NCBI GenBank assembly: GCA_017499595.2
Contig: CM038999.1
Location: forward strand, 1,922,001 to 1,986,000
Origin: Psilocybe cubensis
Lineage: Eukaryota
Direction of reading: 5' to 3'
DNA length: 64,000 bases
Each line of letters opens with the position of its first letter. The first letter of the stretch is position 1. The position numbers were made by a program, and so were the translations under genes. The notes under the pieces are model-generated. The model had not been told where the DNA came from, did no database searches, and saw only the letters and a program-made list of their open reading frames with translations. Positions 39,060-50,648 of the stretch are shown here, piece after piece.

Positions 39060-39712
39060 GACTGTATTTTTCTATGATTGATTGGTATTCTTGAGGTATA
39101 TGATGTCTTTAAAATTGGACGAAGCTGGCGGGGTAAGTTTATGTGTGGAGCGCAAATCCTGGAGAGAGAACCAGATCCGAATGTAGAGTACAATTATCCC
39201 ATGGGTCGAAGAGATGTCCAAGTTGGCTGCAGGTCGGGATTCGAGCACCTGAGGGTCCTAAGGGGGTCGGTCTGTGTCGACGAGGGGAAGAGCAAGTGGT
39301 CCGAATAAAATGTTGCTGATTTGGTGTGTCAGTCTGTTTGAAAAATGAGTGGTAGAAGCCAGCACGATAGAGAGATACATACCGTGGAAGGGAAACAACC
39401 ATAGATTGTAGAAAGAGGCTCGATATCGAGGGAGTCAAGAAGAGAAAGATCCGCCTCATAAGACCGTCAAATTTCTCTCTCAGGGCGTTTATTACGTAAT
39501 TCCCTCTAATCACTTCCCACGGACTCATCTTCGCTTTCAAACGTTCAACAACCTGCCAATCGCAATATTCCCATTCCCCATCCTCATGGTAGCGTCCTTC
39601 CTTAAACATCCCCTTCTCCCTAACAGCCCTATCGCATACATTCAACGGATAATTGTAGACTGTCCCAACCCCACTGACGATAGATTGCACATATTCAGCC
39701 AATTACAACGTT

Positions 39713-42700
39713 TCATTCGTTTAAGATCGTCTGAATTCGTTCTCCTGCCGCAGTCTCTGCGCACCGTAATCTCCACAGACACGAATTTTCTTCAGACTCT
39801 CGTAAGCGTATTGCCACGGCGGCGGAGGTTGGCGTTATGTCTTTCTTGTTCGGTATCATCAAAATCTTTAGTTCTCCTTGAAGACAATATTGTCACGAGT
39901 CAAGATTTCGCCATACCGAGTTTCACAAAGTCATGCGTACCTATGAATGGACCGAGATCAGAAGAAATGACGCGCAAATGCTTTCCTTCTATGCGCTGCA
40001 AGCGCCTTAATAGACCGTCGATGGAGCAATTACACCATCCTCTCAGGTCACAAGATTTATTGTACGAATTCCATACACTCTCAAAGTCATCTTCGCTGTT
40101 AGATCCAGACGACGTCAATTCCATGGAAGCCTCCATCGGGAAAGGTGACTCCAGGGAAATTAAGTCGGCACGGGGAGCCTTTGAAGCTATAAGTACAACT
40201 CATTTGAACTGGCTTTTGGAGTCCCACGTACTGTAACTTCGGCTTCTTTTCGCCAAGACTGTTTTGACTCTGATGAAGAACCACGTTCAACTTGAGATAT
40301 GTGAAGACCGCTTAGACTATCTGCTAACGCAAGACGTCCTGCAGTAATAGGTAAAGAAGTGGGCAGTTGATGGGTATCTGAAGTCGTTCCCGAACGGGAA
40401 CTCGAAGCACTTTGTTGAGAAAATGACTTTCGCCTGGTGCTCAGACGGAGTGTAGGTTCTGGTAGCGCATATGCGGCATATTTTAATGAAGGTGATGGTC
40501 CAGAAGCTCTCGATGAAGACCGCGACATCTGTGGAGTCGTATTTCGCGATTCGGATACGCCTGTGGTGTTGCTTTCTAAAGCGGCAAGAAAGTCAGGAAG
40601 CTGCAATGTATAGATAAATACACATTTCTTTCACAGTAGAAGGTCGCTTACTGAACGCGATTGAGCTCTCAAGACTATCTCCAGAAGCCGTTCCTTGTCA
40701 ACAACAAAGTCTTGGAATTGGATGCACCTCTGAAAAAAAAACATCAGGCGTACTCACAGTTACACATGAACGTCATCGAAACTCACCAGCCGGACTAGCT
40801 TGCGCCCAGATCGAGAAAGATGTTCCACTGCTTCAACGACGTCGGATGGGACGTAATTGCAACTCGCTCTAATGCGAATCAAGGCAATGAGACACGGTTC
40901 TTGGACAACAGCTAGACACTGTTTGTCACAGGAGAAATAGATATCTAAAATGAACACACTTACACGGACAAGATTTCAATCTTGTGGCCAAGGCTGATAG
41001 TAACTGTTCAGCAGGTGTAACCACTAAATCGAGGTACTCGGTGATCAAAGCCGTCGCGATAACCATGGCTGTTGGGCCTAGGGGTACTTCTTGATCTATA
41101 ACATTCGCAACAAAATTATTCACGCATGATGACACGAAATCCCCTTTCGCTTGATTTCCATGGGAGTACTAAGGGCTTGCAATTTGGAGAGGCTGAGGAA
41201 CCCACTTACACGATAACCGCATGTCGATCAAAACGACTTCGATGATTTCCTTGATCACTTGAGTGGGCGATGACGATTGCTGATCTAAATGACGGATGAA
41301 ATCAAGGATTTGCTGGGCATAGCCACTCCCGTCCTGTCCATATCGAATTGAAGTGATTTCCAATATCCGCGATATTACCGTGCTTCCTTCAGTATTAGGA
41401 AAAGCCTTGTTAAAGAGAAGAGATATTTGTGTTTCGAGAATACCAGGATCGACTTTCTTTATTATTCTGAGAGTCTGAAACCTCATTTAATAAAATCAGA
41501 GCTAATGACATGATTGGTGGGCAACTTGCCTTTCTACGTATGGCTTGATCTGATGAATCTAGTAGTTGTAGTATTCTTTCAAATTCCAGTGCCTCTAGTA
41601 CCGCTGGATGATCAGGTAGTGTACCAGCCCAAATGGAAACGTCGACCTCTTCAAGACAGGAAACAAAAAGATAAACGTCGATGAGATCGCGAGATACTAG
41701 TAGATGCCGTATGCATTGAATAATCGATACTTTTCTTGACTTCTCTGCGACTATGAGGGTTGATGGTTTGGCTTGTCCAATCACTCTGAATATGGCCAAT
41801 AAGAGAGCTTTTGATAGAGGGTCGGTTACTTTGGGATCAGCAATTCCTTGGAGAACATTAAGTAGGACTAGGATATTCGCATCTGGCGGACTGCTGACTC
41901 AGATTGATATATGAGTACGAACCTTGATAAAACGAGGTGCAACGTACTTACCCAAACTTCTTCAAACAATTCAAAAGAGAAATGAGTGTGCTTTCGTTTA
42001 CATTTGCATAGGATAATTCGTTCTTCAACCTATCATTGACCGTCTCGACAAAAACTGGATCCTAGATTAAGCAGGATTAATAAGCGCTTTCATGGAGTAG
42101 TAAGAAGAAATCACCGATCGAAAACTGCCCGTAAGTATCAATGCAGCTCGAGCTACAGATGTATCTGAATCATTTACGCTCCTAATAACTGCCCCGTGAA
42201 TCCGATCCAACAAATTCTCGTTATATCCAGATAGGGCACGGAACACAAATAACGTACGACGTCTGACAGACGCGCTATATAGAGAGTTAAGGCATATATT
42301 AAGGGATGATGGCATTCAAAATACCAACTGATTATGCGAAATAAGTTCATACAACCGCGGCTGAACGGCTGGGATGATGTCCTCATTGGGTGATGTGATG
42401 AGATTGTCCAGGGCTAAGCATATATGCAGAATATCCTCAGATTCGAGGTCCTGGTGCAGGGTCAGAGTTGGTGTAAATATCCATGAAAATGGTAGTCTGA
42501 CCTTCCTTAGGGTGTTGATGAGCATCAGCCTGAATGCATGATCCAAAGGCATGACTTCGGAACAGAACAAATACCCTGAGGAACAGTAAATAGATGTCAC
42601 CCATAGAATAAGCAGAAAAAACCTAGACGCTTGTCCTCAATTTTGGTAGACACCTCTATGAGGTTGATTGCATGAGAGAAAGCAAAATCAAACGCGTCTT

Positions 42701-42981
42701 TTGCAAGAAATCCTGGTGTGACTGCGCTAGCACAGTACAACAAAATGACAAGGCATTCTTTGCATTTATCCTTGGTAGATAATAAGCTTACAGCTATGGA
42801 GATCATGAATCATGCGACTGACGAAGGAGAGTCGAGGGTGTGATAGTTGTGCCTCAAGTGACTTGATTTCCAAGGCTACATATTGATCTGCGAGGTGAAC
42901 AGTGGGGGCGGATTCCACTTTGCGAACAATGGCGTAGTGAGCTCTGCTCAACGCGCCAGAAGAGTGAAATGGGACGTCCAT
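39713..42981 (-). CDS. Adaptin large subunit most similar to AP-4 epsilon (Adaptin_N trunk, hinge, appendage platform)
   Basis: MDVPFHSSGALSRAHYAIVRKVESA...KCKECLVILLYC...FSHAINL...KRLGYLFC...LMLINTLRKDLES...ICLALDNL...IIPAVQPRL...SVRRR; hinge SLKYAAY; C-terminal DFESVW...LQRIEGKHLRVI...CLWRLRC...ILNE-TGA. Confidence 0.75.
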
Positions 42982-43574
42982 GTGCAAAGTACGAGGTACA
43001 AAAACTTTTAGAAAAATGGTTTCCGAATGCCTATAGCCAAAAAGTCGAAGCCTGGTTCAATCTGCGCGGGCTGCAGTAAGTCAAGGTCTCGAGGAAAGGA
43101 GATGGTGCTTGCCTGGTTCTCTTCCCTGCTAATCATTAGCATAGAAGACCCCTAATTAAATATGTAGCATTTTAGTATTGGCATAACCTTACCTAGTATC
43201 AACGAATATGCTTATCGTGTGGCAAAATATAAGAGGATTTACAAGAGAGAAATACGAACTTGAAAGCAAACTCACTGTACTATGTCAGTACAGCACGTCA
43301 AGCCTCAGAAACGAAGCGCTGCCAGGCCGGTTGAGTCTTGACTAAAAGACCTTGACTCTGTTATGTAATCACAATCATGAACCTTGACTGTCACAGTGCC
43401 AGTATGAACTTGACCGATACTAGAGCACAACCTTAATGGTCGACTAGGGCATACCTCCTCCATTCACTGTATCTGAACACCAAATTGGGATCGTGAAACT
43501 TCAAGTTTCTCTTTGGGTCTCTCTCATCTAGATCAAGCCTAAACGTTGCACTTGTTACACTTTGTCCGCCGACT

Positions 43575-44859
43575 ATGGTTTCTCCTAGTGCTGCTAAAGC
43601 CGCTGCTATCGCTGCCGCACACTCATTCAACAAACTTCTCAGTCAACCTAAAGCTGTATCAAAATCTCGTGCAACTGGGGAATTAGACGATGGTGTCAAG
43701 AAACTTCGTCGCATGATTCTTGTAGAGGGAATACCATCTGACATTGTGCGTCACTAACCTCCGAAGTTTGTTCTCAGACTATACCCATGCATCTATGCCT
43801 AGGACCCAACCTTACGCCCCCGAATCTGGAAAATACTACTACGAGTGAACGAACTATCTACGGACACGTACCTTGACTATGTTTCCCGTGGTCCATGTCA
43901 GGTTAGGGAAAAAATTAGAAATGACACGTTCAGGTATATGTCTTGCGCTTTACCTTTCCTCAATTCATGAACATATCATAGGACACTAGCAACCGATAAA
44001 GGGTTCAAAGAACGCGTGCGTGAAGATATGCTTGTTCGACTCCTCGATGCTTTCGTTTGGCGGAGTCATGGTGCGTTCACCAGCTCGTTCACCCTGTGTG
44101 TCCACATACGAAAAATTTCTACAGACAGACAAGACATGGATCAGCTAGGGTTCACGTACGTACAAGGCATGAACGTACTGGCGGCACCATTTCTTTACAC
44201 CATGCCTTCTGAGATTGAAGCTTTCTTTTGCTTTGCAAAATTTATCGAAGAATGTTGTCCGTTGTACGTTCAACCCACACTTGAAGGGGTGCACAGTGGT
44301 TTGAAGGTCTCTCAACTTGATTATCATTCACCATCACATTTTTTCACATTCAATTAGTTGCTTGACAGGTGTCTTCAATTTGTGGACCCAGAGCTGTTTG
44401 GATACCTCAGATCTAAAAATCTTTCGGCCGAGATTTATGCGTTTCCTTGTAAGTCGCTTTGTTTTTACTATTAAGATCTGATAACGGAGCCCATTGTAGC
44501 TGTATTGACATTGTGTGCTTGCACGCCACCTTTGGACCAAGTGTTGCTTTTATGGGACTTCTTGTTGGCCTTTGGGGTGCATTTGAATGTGTTATGTGTC
44601 ATTGCTCAGCTGCTGCTAATGAGAGATGAAGTCATGGCTTCTCCGAGGTAAGTTATCTGGAGCTGTCTAATGCAATGTCATCACAATTTTGACCAGACAA
44701 CCATGATTTAGCCCAATGCGACTTCTGCGAACATTTCCAGCGTTGGAAGCTGTTTCTGTTATAGGTATAGCTGTCACACTTGTGCGAGATCTTCCTGCAG
44801 AACTCTATGAGGAACTGGTCAAGCATCCTTTCGAAGTCCGAAACTCGATGGAGACGTAA
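43575..44859 (+). CDS. BUB2: TBC-domain GAP Bub2/Cdc16 (mitotic exit/septation network)
   Basis: LRRMILVEGI, LRPRIWKILL, KIRNDTFRTLATD, YVQGMNVLAAPFLY, PLYVQPTLEGVHSG, AEIYAFPSVLTLCACTPPLDQVLLLWDFLLAFGVHLNVLCVIAQL. Confidence 0.93.
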
Positions 44860-45008
44860 CTCGGTCATCAGTCCGGCGTCAAGCAGCTTGATATGTACTA
44901 TTGTGTAAATACTTGTCCGTTTGCTTTCCTAGTTTTGCTATCGCCACACCGTATTAAATGTACAAATATTTGACTAGAAATACAAGAAATAATTTAGCAG
45001 CAATAATT

Positions 45009-45744
45009 CTATGAGCGTAACCTGAACTCAGATATCGACGTTGAGCGTAAACCTGACACTCTGGTTCGTGGGCCACCTCCACCTCTTTCATCCTTATCTT
45101 CAATAATCCCGTCACAGTCAAGGGCATCACAATCAAGAATGCCACCACAGCACTCAGAACTCGAAGCAGGACTTGGAGTGCTGAAGGTGGTTGACAGATT
45201 TTGTGAGTGGGCAGAAATTGGAGGTCTATCGTCATCCATGAAAAGAAGTTTCCTTCCATGACCATGGGATCGATACGCCGGAGGAATGTCGCCGTCTAAT
45301 GATTCTTGAGGTGAACCACGAATATTGTGTGTTTCCTCCATTCGAGATGCAATATTTACAACAGATTGTCCTCCAGCTGGCTCGTGGTTTTCAGCTGTAG
45401 CAAATGTTAATTGTTGAAATTTGGCCAAGGATGCGGTGGCAAGAGCGAGGTTTTGCATCAGTTCCTTGGACACTTCAATCTTCCATAAAATCGAAGCTGT
45501 GTCAGTGTGGATCATTGAAAAAAAGACCTAGACTCACTGTCTCAGGTAGAATCACCGCAGGATTTGCGAGACGCGCTCTCATTTGGGCGAGTTCTCTGCG
45601 TAGTTGCACGTTTTCTTCCTCTGCTTTACGGCAGCGTTCTTCGAGGCCTGCTATATAATTGGCCTTTCGCGCACGATAGTCTCTCTGCTGAACAAGGGTT
45701 CTTGTGGGAGGGATAGTGAGGTCTTTTTTACGTCCTCGGGTCAT
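45009..45744 (-). CDS. bZIP transcription factor
   Basis: MTRGRKKDLTIPPTRTLVQQRDYRARKANYIAGLEERCRKAEEENVQLRREL is a basic region plus leucine zipper. One intron. The C-terminus carries ECCGGILDCDALDC. Confidence 0.8.
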
Positions 45745-46284
45745 GATCGAGCACTGGACAATATACACATTGGGGAGCTAGGGGATAGAAACGTGTGGTT
45801 CCCAGGGGTGATCCTTGTTATATTGGACTTGGGTAGTTAGTAGGACAATTTGCGACAACTATGGTGCAAGATGTCGCAAAATCAAAATCACAATCAAAAT
45901 GGCCGCTTAAGGAAACTGCGTGTACGTCAAACCGAAGAGATTACCGGCCATCATTTATTTGAACTTTCTTGATAATTATGCATACTATCATAGTAAGCGC
46001 TTCACTTTTTTCCTTTGCAAGCCCGGAAACCTTGATTGGTTTACCAGAATAACTCTACCAACATTTTGGAACTCCGTGTTCACAGGACTTGCACAGGACG
46101 CTAATTCAAGTCAACCCATGCATGAAAACTCATGACATCTGAACTTACCGACCACTGTGCCGTAATTCTTGATTATCCAAAGTTCTCGCAGTTTTCTCGA
46201 CCTACGTAGTCTCCCTATGACAGTCTGCCCCCGGCTGCGTATTTAATCCACACCATCCACTACCGGCAATTCTTAACTCGTGCA

Positions 46285-48571
46285 ATGAGTTTTGAAAATC
46301 ATTCCAGATACCAACGACTACCAACGGATAACCCGGATAACATAGCAGATTGGCATGATCAGGCACCTGATAATGAAGCAGAGGACGTCCCAACACGAAG
46401 CTCCCTGGAAGATGGAACCATAAAGCGGAACCTTCAGGAACGACAGTGTGTCGATTTTTTGATAGCGAGGAGTTTGCAATAGTAAATTGACGAGTGGTTA
46501 AGCCTATCGATGATAGCCCTCGCTGGCATGATTGGAACAGGCTTATTTCTTTCTAGTGGAAAAGCTTTAGCTCACGCTGGTCCACTCGGCTCTGTTCTGG
46601 CATTTATGATTGTAAGTTCCTTTTAATAACTATACGTGAAATTGTTGCTAGATGTTGCTGCTTTGTTTAGATGGGGACTGTGACTGCTTCTATAGGTCAA
46701 TATCCCTCCCCTCCTAAATTCAACAAATTCTTATTTCTTCATTTCATTCCAGCTTACATATCTGCTGAGATGTCTGCATTTAAGCCAGCTGAAGGTGGAT
46801 TCGTCAGACATGCCAGCATGTGGTTGGATCGAAGTTCAGGAGTCGCAATTGGGTAGGCTGGAGTCAGAATTATGTTTGTTGATTTCCCTGATACCATTGG
46901 CAATGTAGCTGGAACTTTTGGTATTCATTGGCGATCACAATGCCTACTGAGATCAGTGCCGCCACCACGCTACTAGGGTTTTGGAAACCAACAATTCATC
47001 AATTTATTCCTATAAGGTGCGAGGTTCTAAAGAAGTCCTGATTCGTCCTTGACCTTGTCTGCTTTTCGTGATAGCTTTCTCTGGCTTATTATAATGCTCA
47101 TTAACTTCTCCTCTGCTCGAGTATATGGGGAATTTGAATTCTACCTTGCCTTTGTCAAAGTACGTACCATGCAGTAATGTTAGGAATGGTCAAGCTTGAA
47201 TGAATGCCTACAAATAGATCGCTCTGATAGTTTGCTTCGTTATCGCTGGTATACTTTTAGACCTCGGTGGTCTTCCCGGTCAAACATATGTTGGATTTGA
47301 ATATTGGTCTGAACCATACACATTATTTCGTGAATATATAGCCACCGGACTTCAGGGACGCTTTCTCGGTTTCTGGTCGGCAATGATATCTGCCACTTTT
47401 GCCTACGGAAATGTTCAAGTGGTGGCGATAGCTGGAGCAGAAACTAGTAATCCTAGGAAATCAATACCTGCAGCCCTCAGAAAAACATTTGCTCGCGTCA
47501 TTTTCTTTTATGTCGCCTCGGTTCTAGTGATTTCCCTTCTGATACCAGCCAACGATCCCCGCTTGTATCTCCCTACAGGGGACGTTACTCACAGCCCTTT
47601 TGTCATTGCTTTTAATAGAGCAGGAATCAAAGTAAGTCCCTGTTTCATCGAATCACCTTCCTCTATTGAAATTGTATCGTCGCCAGGCTATACCTTCAGT
47701 GATGAATGCAATCGCATGTGTTCCTATAACCGTTGAATTTGCGTTTTTGACTAACCTAGAGTTCCAATAGGTATTCACATCTGCTTTCAGTGCCGGTAAT
47801 GCGTGTACATTTTTATCTTCACGCACCCTTCGAGGCCTTGCCCTTGATGGTAACGCCCCCGCCGCCTTCACCAAGCTAAACCGCTTTGGAATTCCTTACG
47901 TGGCTGTGGCCGTCTCTGGGTTATGGGGTGCAGTCGCCTATACAAGCTTGAATCAAGGATCTTTCAAGGTGCTTTTGTGTCCAAAATTTCTGTCTGGGAA
48001 TTATTTTACATTTCGGCAGGTTTTCTTGTGGCTCGTGTCTTTGGTGACAACTTCCGGCATCATTTCATGGATCATCATTTGTTTAAGCTATTTACGACTT
48101 TTTAACGCCATGAAAAAGCAAGGGATATCCCGAGATTCCTTGCCATACAAGAGTCCTCTTCAGCCGTTTTTAACAGTGCGTACTTCCTTACAATATTAAA
48201 CAATTCCATATCGATCAGAGTTCGATAAGTACTATGCACTGAGCATGAACATCACTATTCTGCTTTTCAGCGGCTGGAATTCCTTCTTCCCAACATTCAA
48301 CTTATCTTCCTTTGCTTCCAACTATCTTAATTGGTATGTTTTCAGTTCTTTCGTCCTACTCCAATTCATTCAGTCTTTCTGTACCAGCTTGATATATCCC
48401 ATCCTATATTTAAGTTGTAAGCACTGGTTGAAGGACTCTGCACAAGACTTGGAGACCATTGACATAGCTTCCGAATTGGTGTTGATCGAGCACGAAAAAG
48501 AACACCAATCTCGGCAGGAATGCAACCATAAGGCGTCGGCGTACGATAGATTCCTTAATTCTATTTTCTAG
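46285..48571 (+). CDS. APC-superfamily (yeast amino-acid transporter type) permease
   Basis: KRNLQERH/LSMIALAGMIGTGLFLSSG, AEMSAFKP, YGEFEF, AGAETSNPRKSIP, SPFVIAF, SRTLRGLA, LPYKSPLQP. Confidence 0.92.
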
Positions 48572-48612
48572 ATTCTGGCTTAGATGTATACTTGACTTCT
48601 ATTACTATTGGA

Positions 48613-50219
48613 CTATGTACAGCCCCATACTCGTCTAAGCAAGATGTTCAGTAAGGTTTTAGGACCAGGGGTTCCATTTATAACCAAAACGCCTCTGCTT
48701 TCATCGGAAAATTTATGTTCGATATGGTGTTCTATATGACGCGAGTCATTTGGATCCCTCTGTGCTTCGGACCGATTTGCGCCAAGTGGATAAGCAGACT
48801 CGTCTTCGCGCCTATCGACGACCAACATTCCTCTAGTAAGCTCTCCCGTTCTAAAGAAAGATGTCATGAAAAAATTTCAAGAATAGTACCCGATGACTAG
48901 ATCACCTTTCGACGTCAAAAACACGGCGAGAACCTCGCCAACCTGACGCGAGAGTTACAGGCCCCTCATTCGTAAGAGGTGGGTTTGCTATTGCACACCA
49001 AACAGCTACAATATCATGGAGTTCCATAGCATCTTTGCCGAAGGCTATCATGACCTCGCGTGTCTTTTCCAAAAAGGAACTTGTAAAATGAACTATGGGA
49101 GATTTGGTGGCAGGGATAGATGGTGCTTTGGTGTTTTCAAACGCAGGGTCAACATGCTCTTTATAGAATGGAAATGGGAGTTCGTGCGGTGTTGTTATGT
49201 CCAGAGGAATGAGCAGAAAGCGATTGAGAGGAATACCCTTATGGAGAGGCGTAGATATCAGCAGTTCTTTGACAGCGTATGGATCCGCAAAAAAGTTAAC
49301 TATGGGGAAGGTAAGCGATTACAGTTCAGCGCATACTTAAAAATCCGAGTGACACTTACACTCAGCCACTGCAGTTGTATTTCCGGGTACTTCAAGTGCA
49401 CCGCCCATGCATATGACCCGACCAATGCGGTTGACAACAAGCTGACTATCTTTGCGCATCATCTGAGCTAGGTTAGTGAGTGGGCCAAGAGCAATAATGG
49501 TCACAGTTCTAGCAGGACGTTCCCTGAGGATGTCGAGTGCAAGGTCTACGCCAGACTTTTTGGATATCTCGAGGTATGGATTCTCTTCCAATAGCCCAGA
49601 CTCTACGGATAGTTCTGGATGACGGTCTGTTATATTCCCAAGTCCATCTCTGCAACGTATTTGTGTTTCAGAAAGAAGCGAATGTGCCAAAATAAATGAG
49701 CGACAACCTTCCATGGAAATATTGTGCAAGGCGAACGTCTCCGAAGAGCGGTGCGTCGGAACCCCTTGAGACTATGGGCTTTTTCTTAGAGTTAAAATTC
49801 GGAAAACGGTCTTTATGTGAAGGGTATTGTGCCAGGTGACGGTCAATGGTTTGGTACACCTTGAAGATATTGAGGCTATAAAATTAGCATTCTTTGTAAA
49901 GGGGTGAGGGGAAATTTTGTTACTAAGCAGCCTCCAAATCGGTGTTACCTGAAAAAGTGAGATTTTGTCCTGCAAAGAGCGGCCAGGACTAACCATAAGA
50001 AACATTGAATGCGACAATCTCCAGTTCTGGTGACGTTATTGCTAGCAAACTGATAAATAGATTTAGCACTGTCCTCATACAAGTAAACACTGTTAAGCTC
50101 ACGCACATAGCAATAACATCATCTACACCAGGATCCGTATCGACTGAAGGTTCAGGATGAGTATATGAATATCAGGGAGCGACTGCGGTATGCTCACTAA
50201 TGACTGGGATGGGAGTCAT
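48613..50219 (-). CDS. Inosine/uridine-preferring nucleoside hydrolase (Urh1-like)
   Basis: MTPIPVIIDTDPGVDDVIA (DxDxxxDD catalytic motif), FHGRDGLG, IIALGPLTNLA, MGGALEVPGNTTAVAEFNFFADP, ELHDI, GELTRGMLVVDRR. Confidence 0.93.
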
Positions 50220-50298
50220 TACCTCGGCTCGTAAGGGTTATGTGATATTTATAGCTTTCCCATTATGATTAATATTTGGTCCACAAGGCCACATGAAA

Positions 50299-50470
50299 GA
50301 TAAGATTAGATAAGAAAGAATAGACGCTCAGCCGGGAACGATTTCCGTGAGAACAGGTTAAGAAGGTGCTGTAAGGAACCTCATCAATACATGTTCTTTG
50401 TGCACGTTTCTCGTTCTGGCGTCTATGTTGATAATTTTATCACTATATCATGGGAGGCTAGGTGTTTATC
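50299..50470. promoter_or_regulatory. Cluster of GATA (HGATAR) sites upstream of the nucleoside hydrolase
   Basis: GATAAG at 50299 and 50309, GATAAT at 50430, TTATC at 50437 and 50466. Confidence 0.4.
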
Positions 50471-50560
50471 AGATTCGTGAATTATACGATGGTGAAAATG
50501 AACTGTAATATTTGAGGTGGACGAAGATCTAAGTAACTACGGGGAATGCCGGGAACTATA

Positions 50561-50568
50561 CAGTCACA
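50561..50568 (+). promoter_or_regulatory. HomolD-like box (CAGTCACA) upstream of the RACK1 gene
   Basis: Exact CAGTCACA about 80 bp upstream of the ATG of a 40S ribosomal-protein gene. Confidence 0.55.
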
Positions 50569-50648
50569 TATAACGGTGGCTGGCGTAACGTCACTTCGTG
50601 GTGTGCGTCTTTGGGCAGTGTCGGTCGTCTAACTCGGTCCAAAACAAT

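Noticed and set aside
39139..39702. 187-aa minus-strand ORF between the adaptin and the hypothetical gene
   Set aside because: It has a non-ATG start 11 bp after the adaptin stop and spans a probable 5'-UTR intron of the next gene. No recognisable motif, so most likely UTR/promoter sequence.
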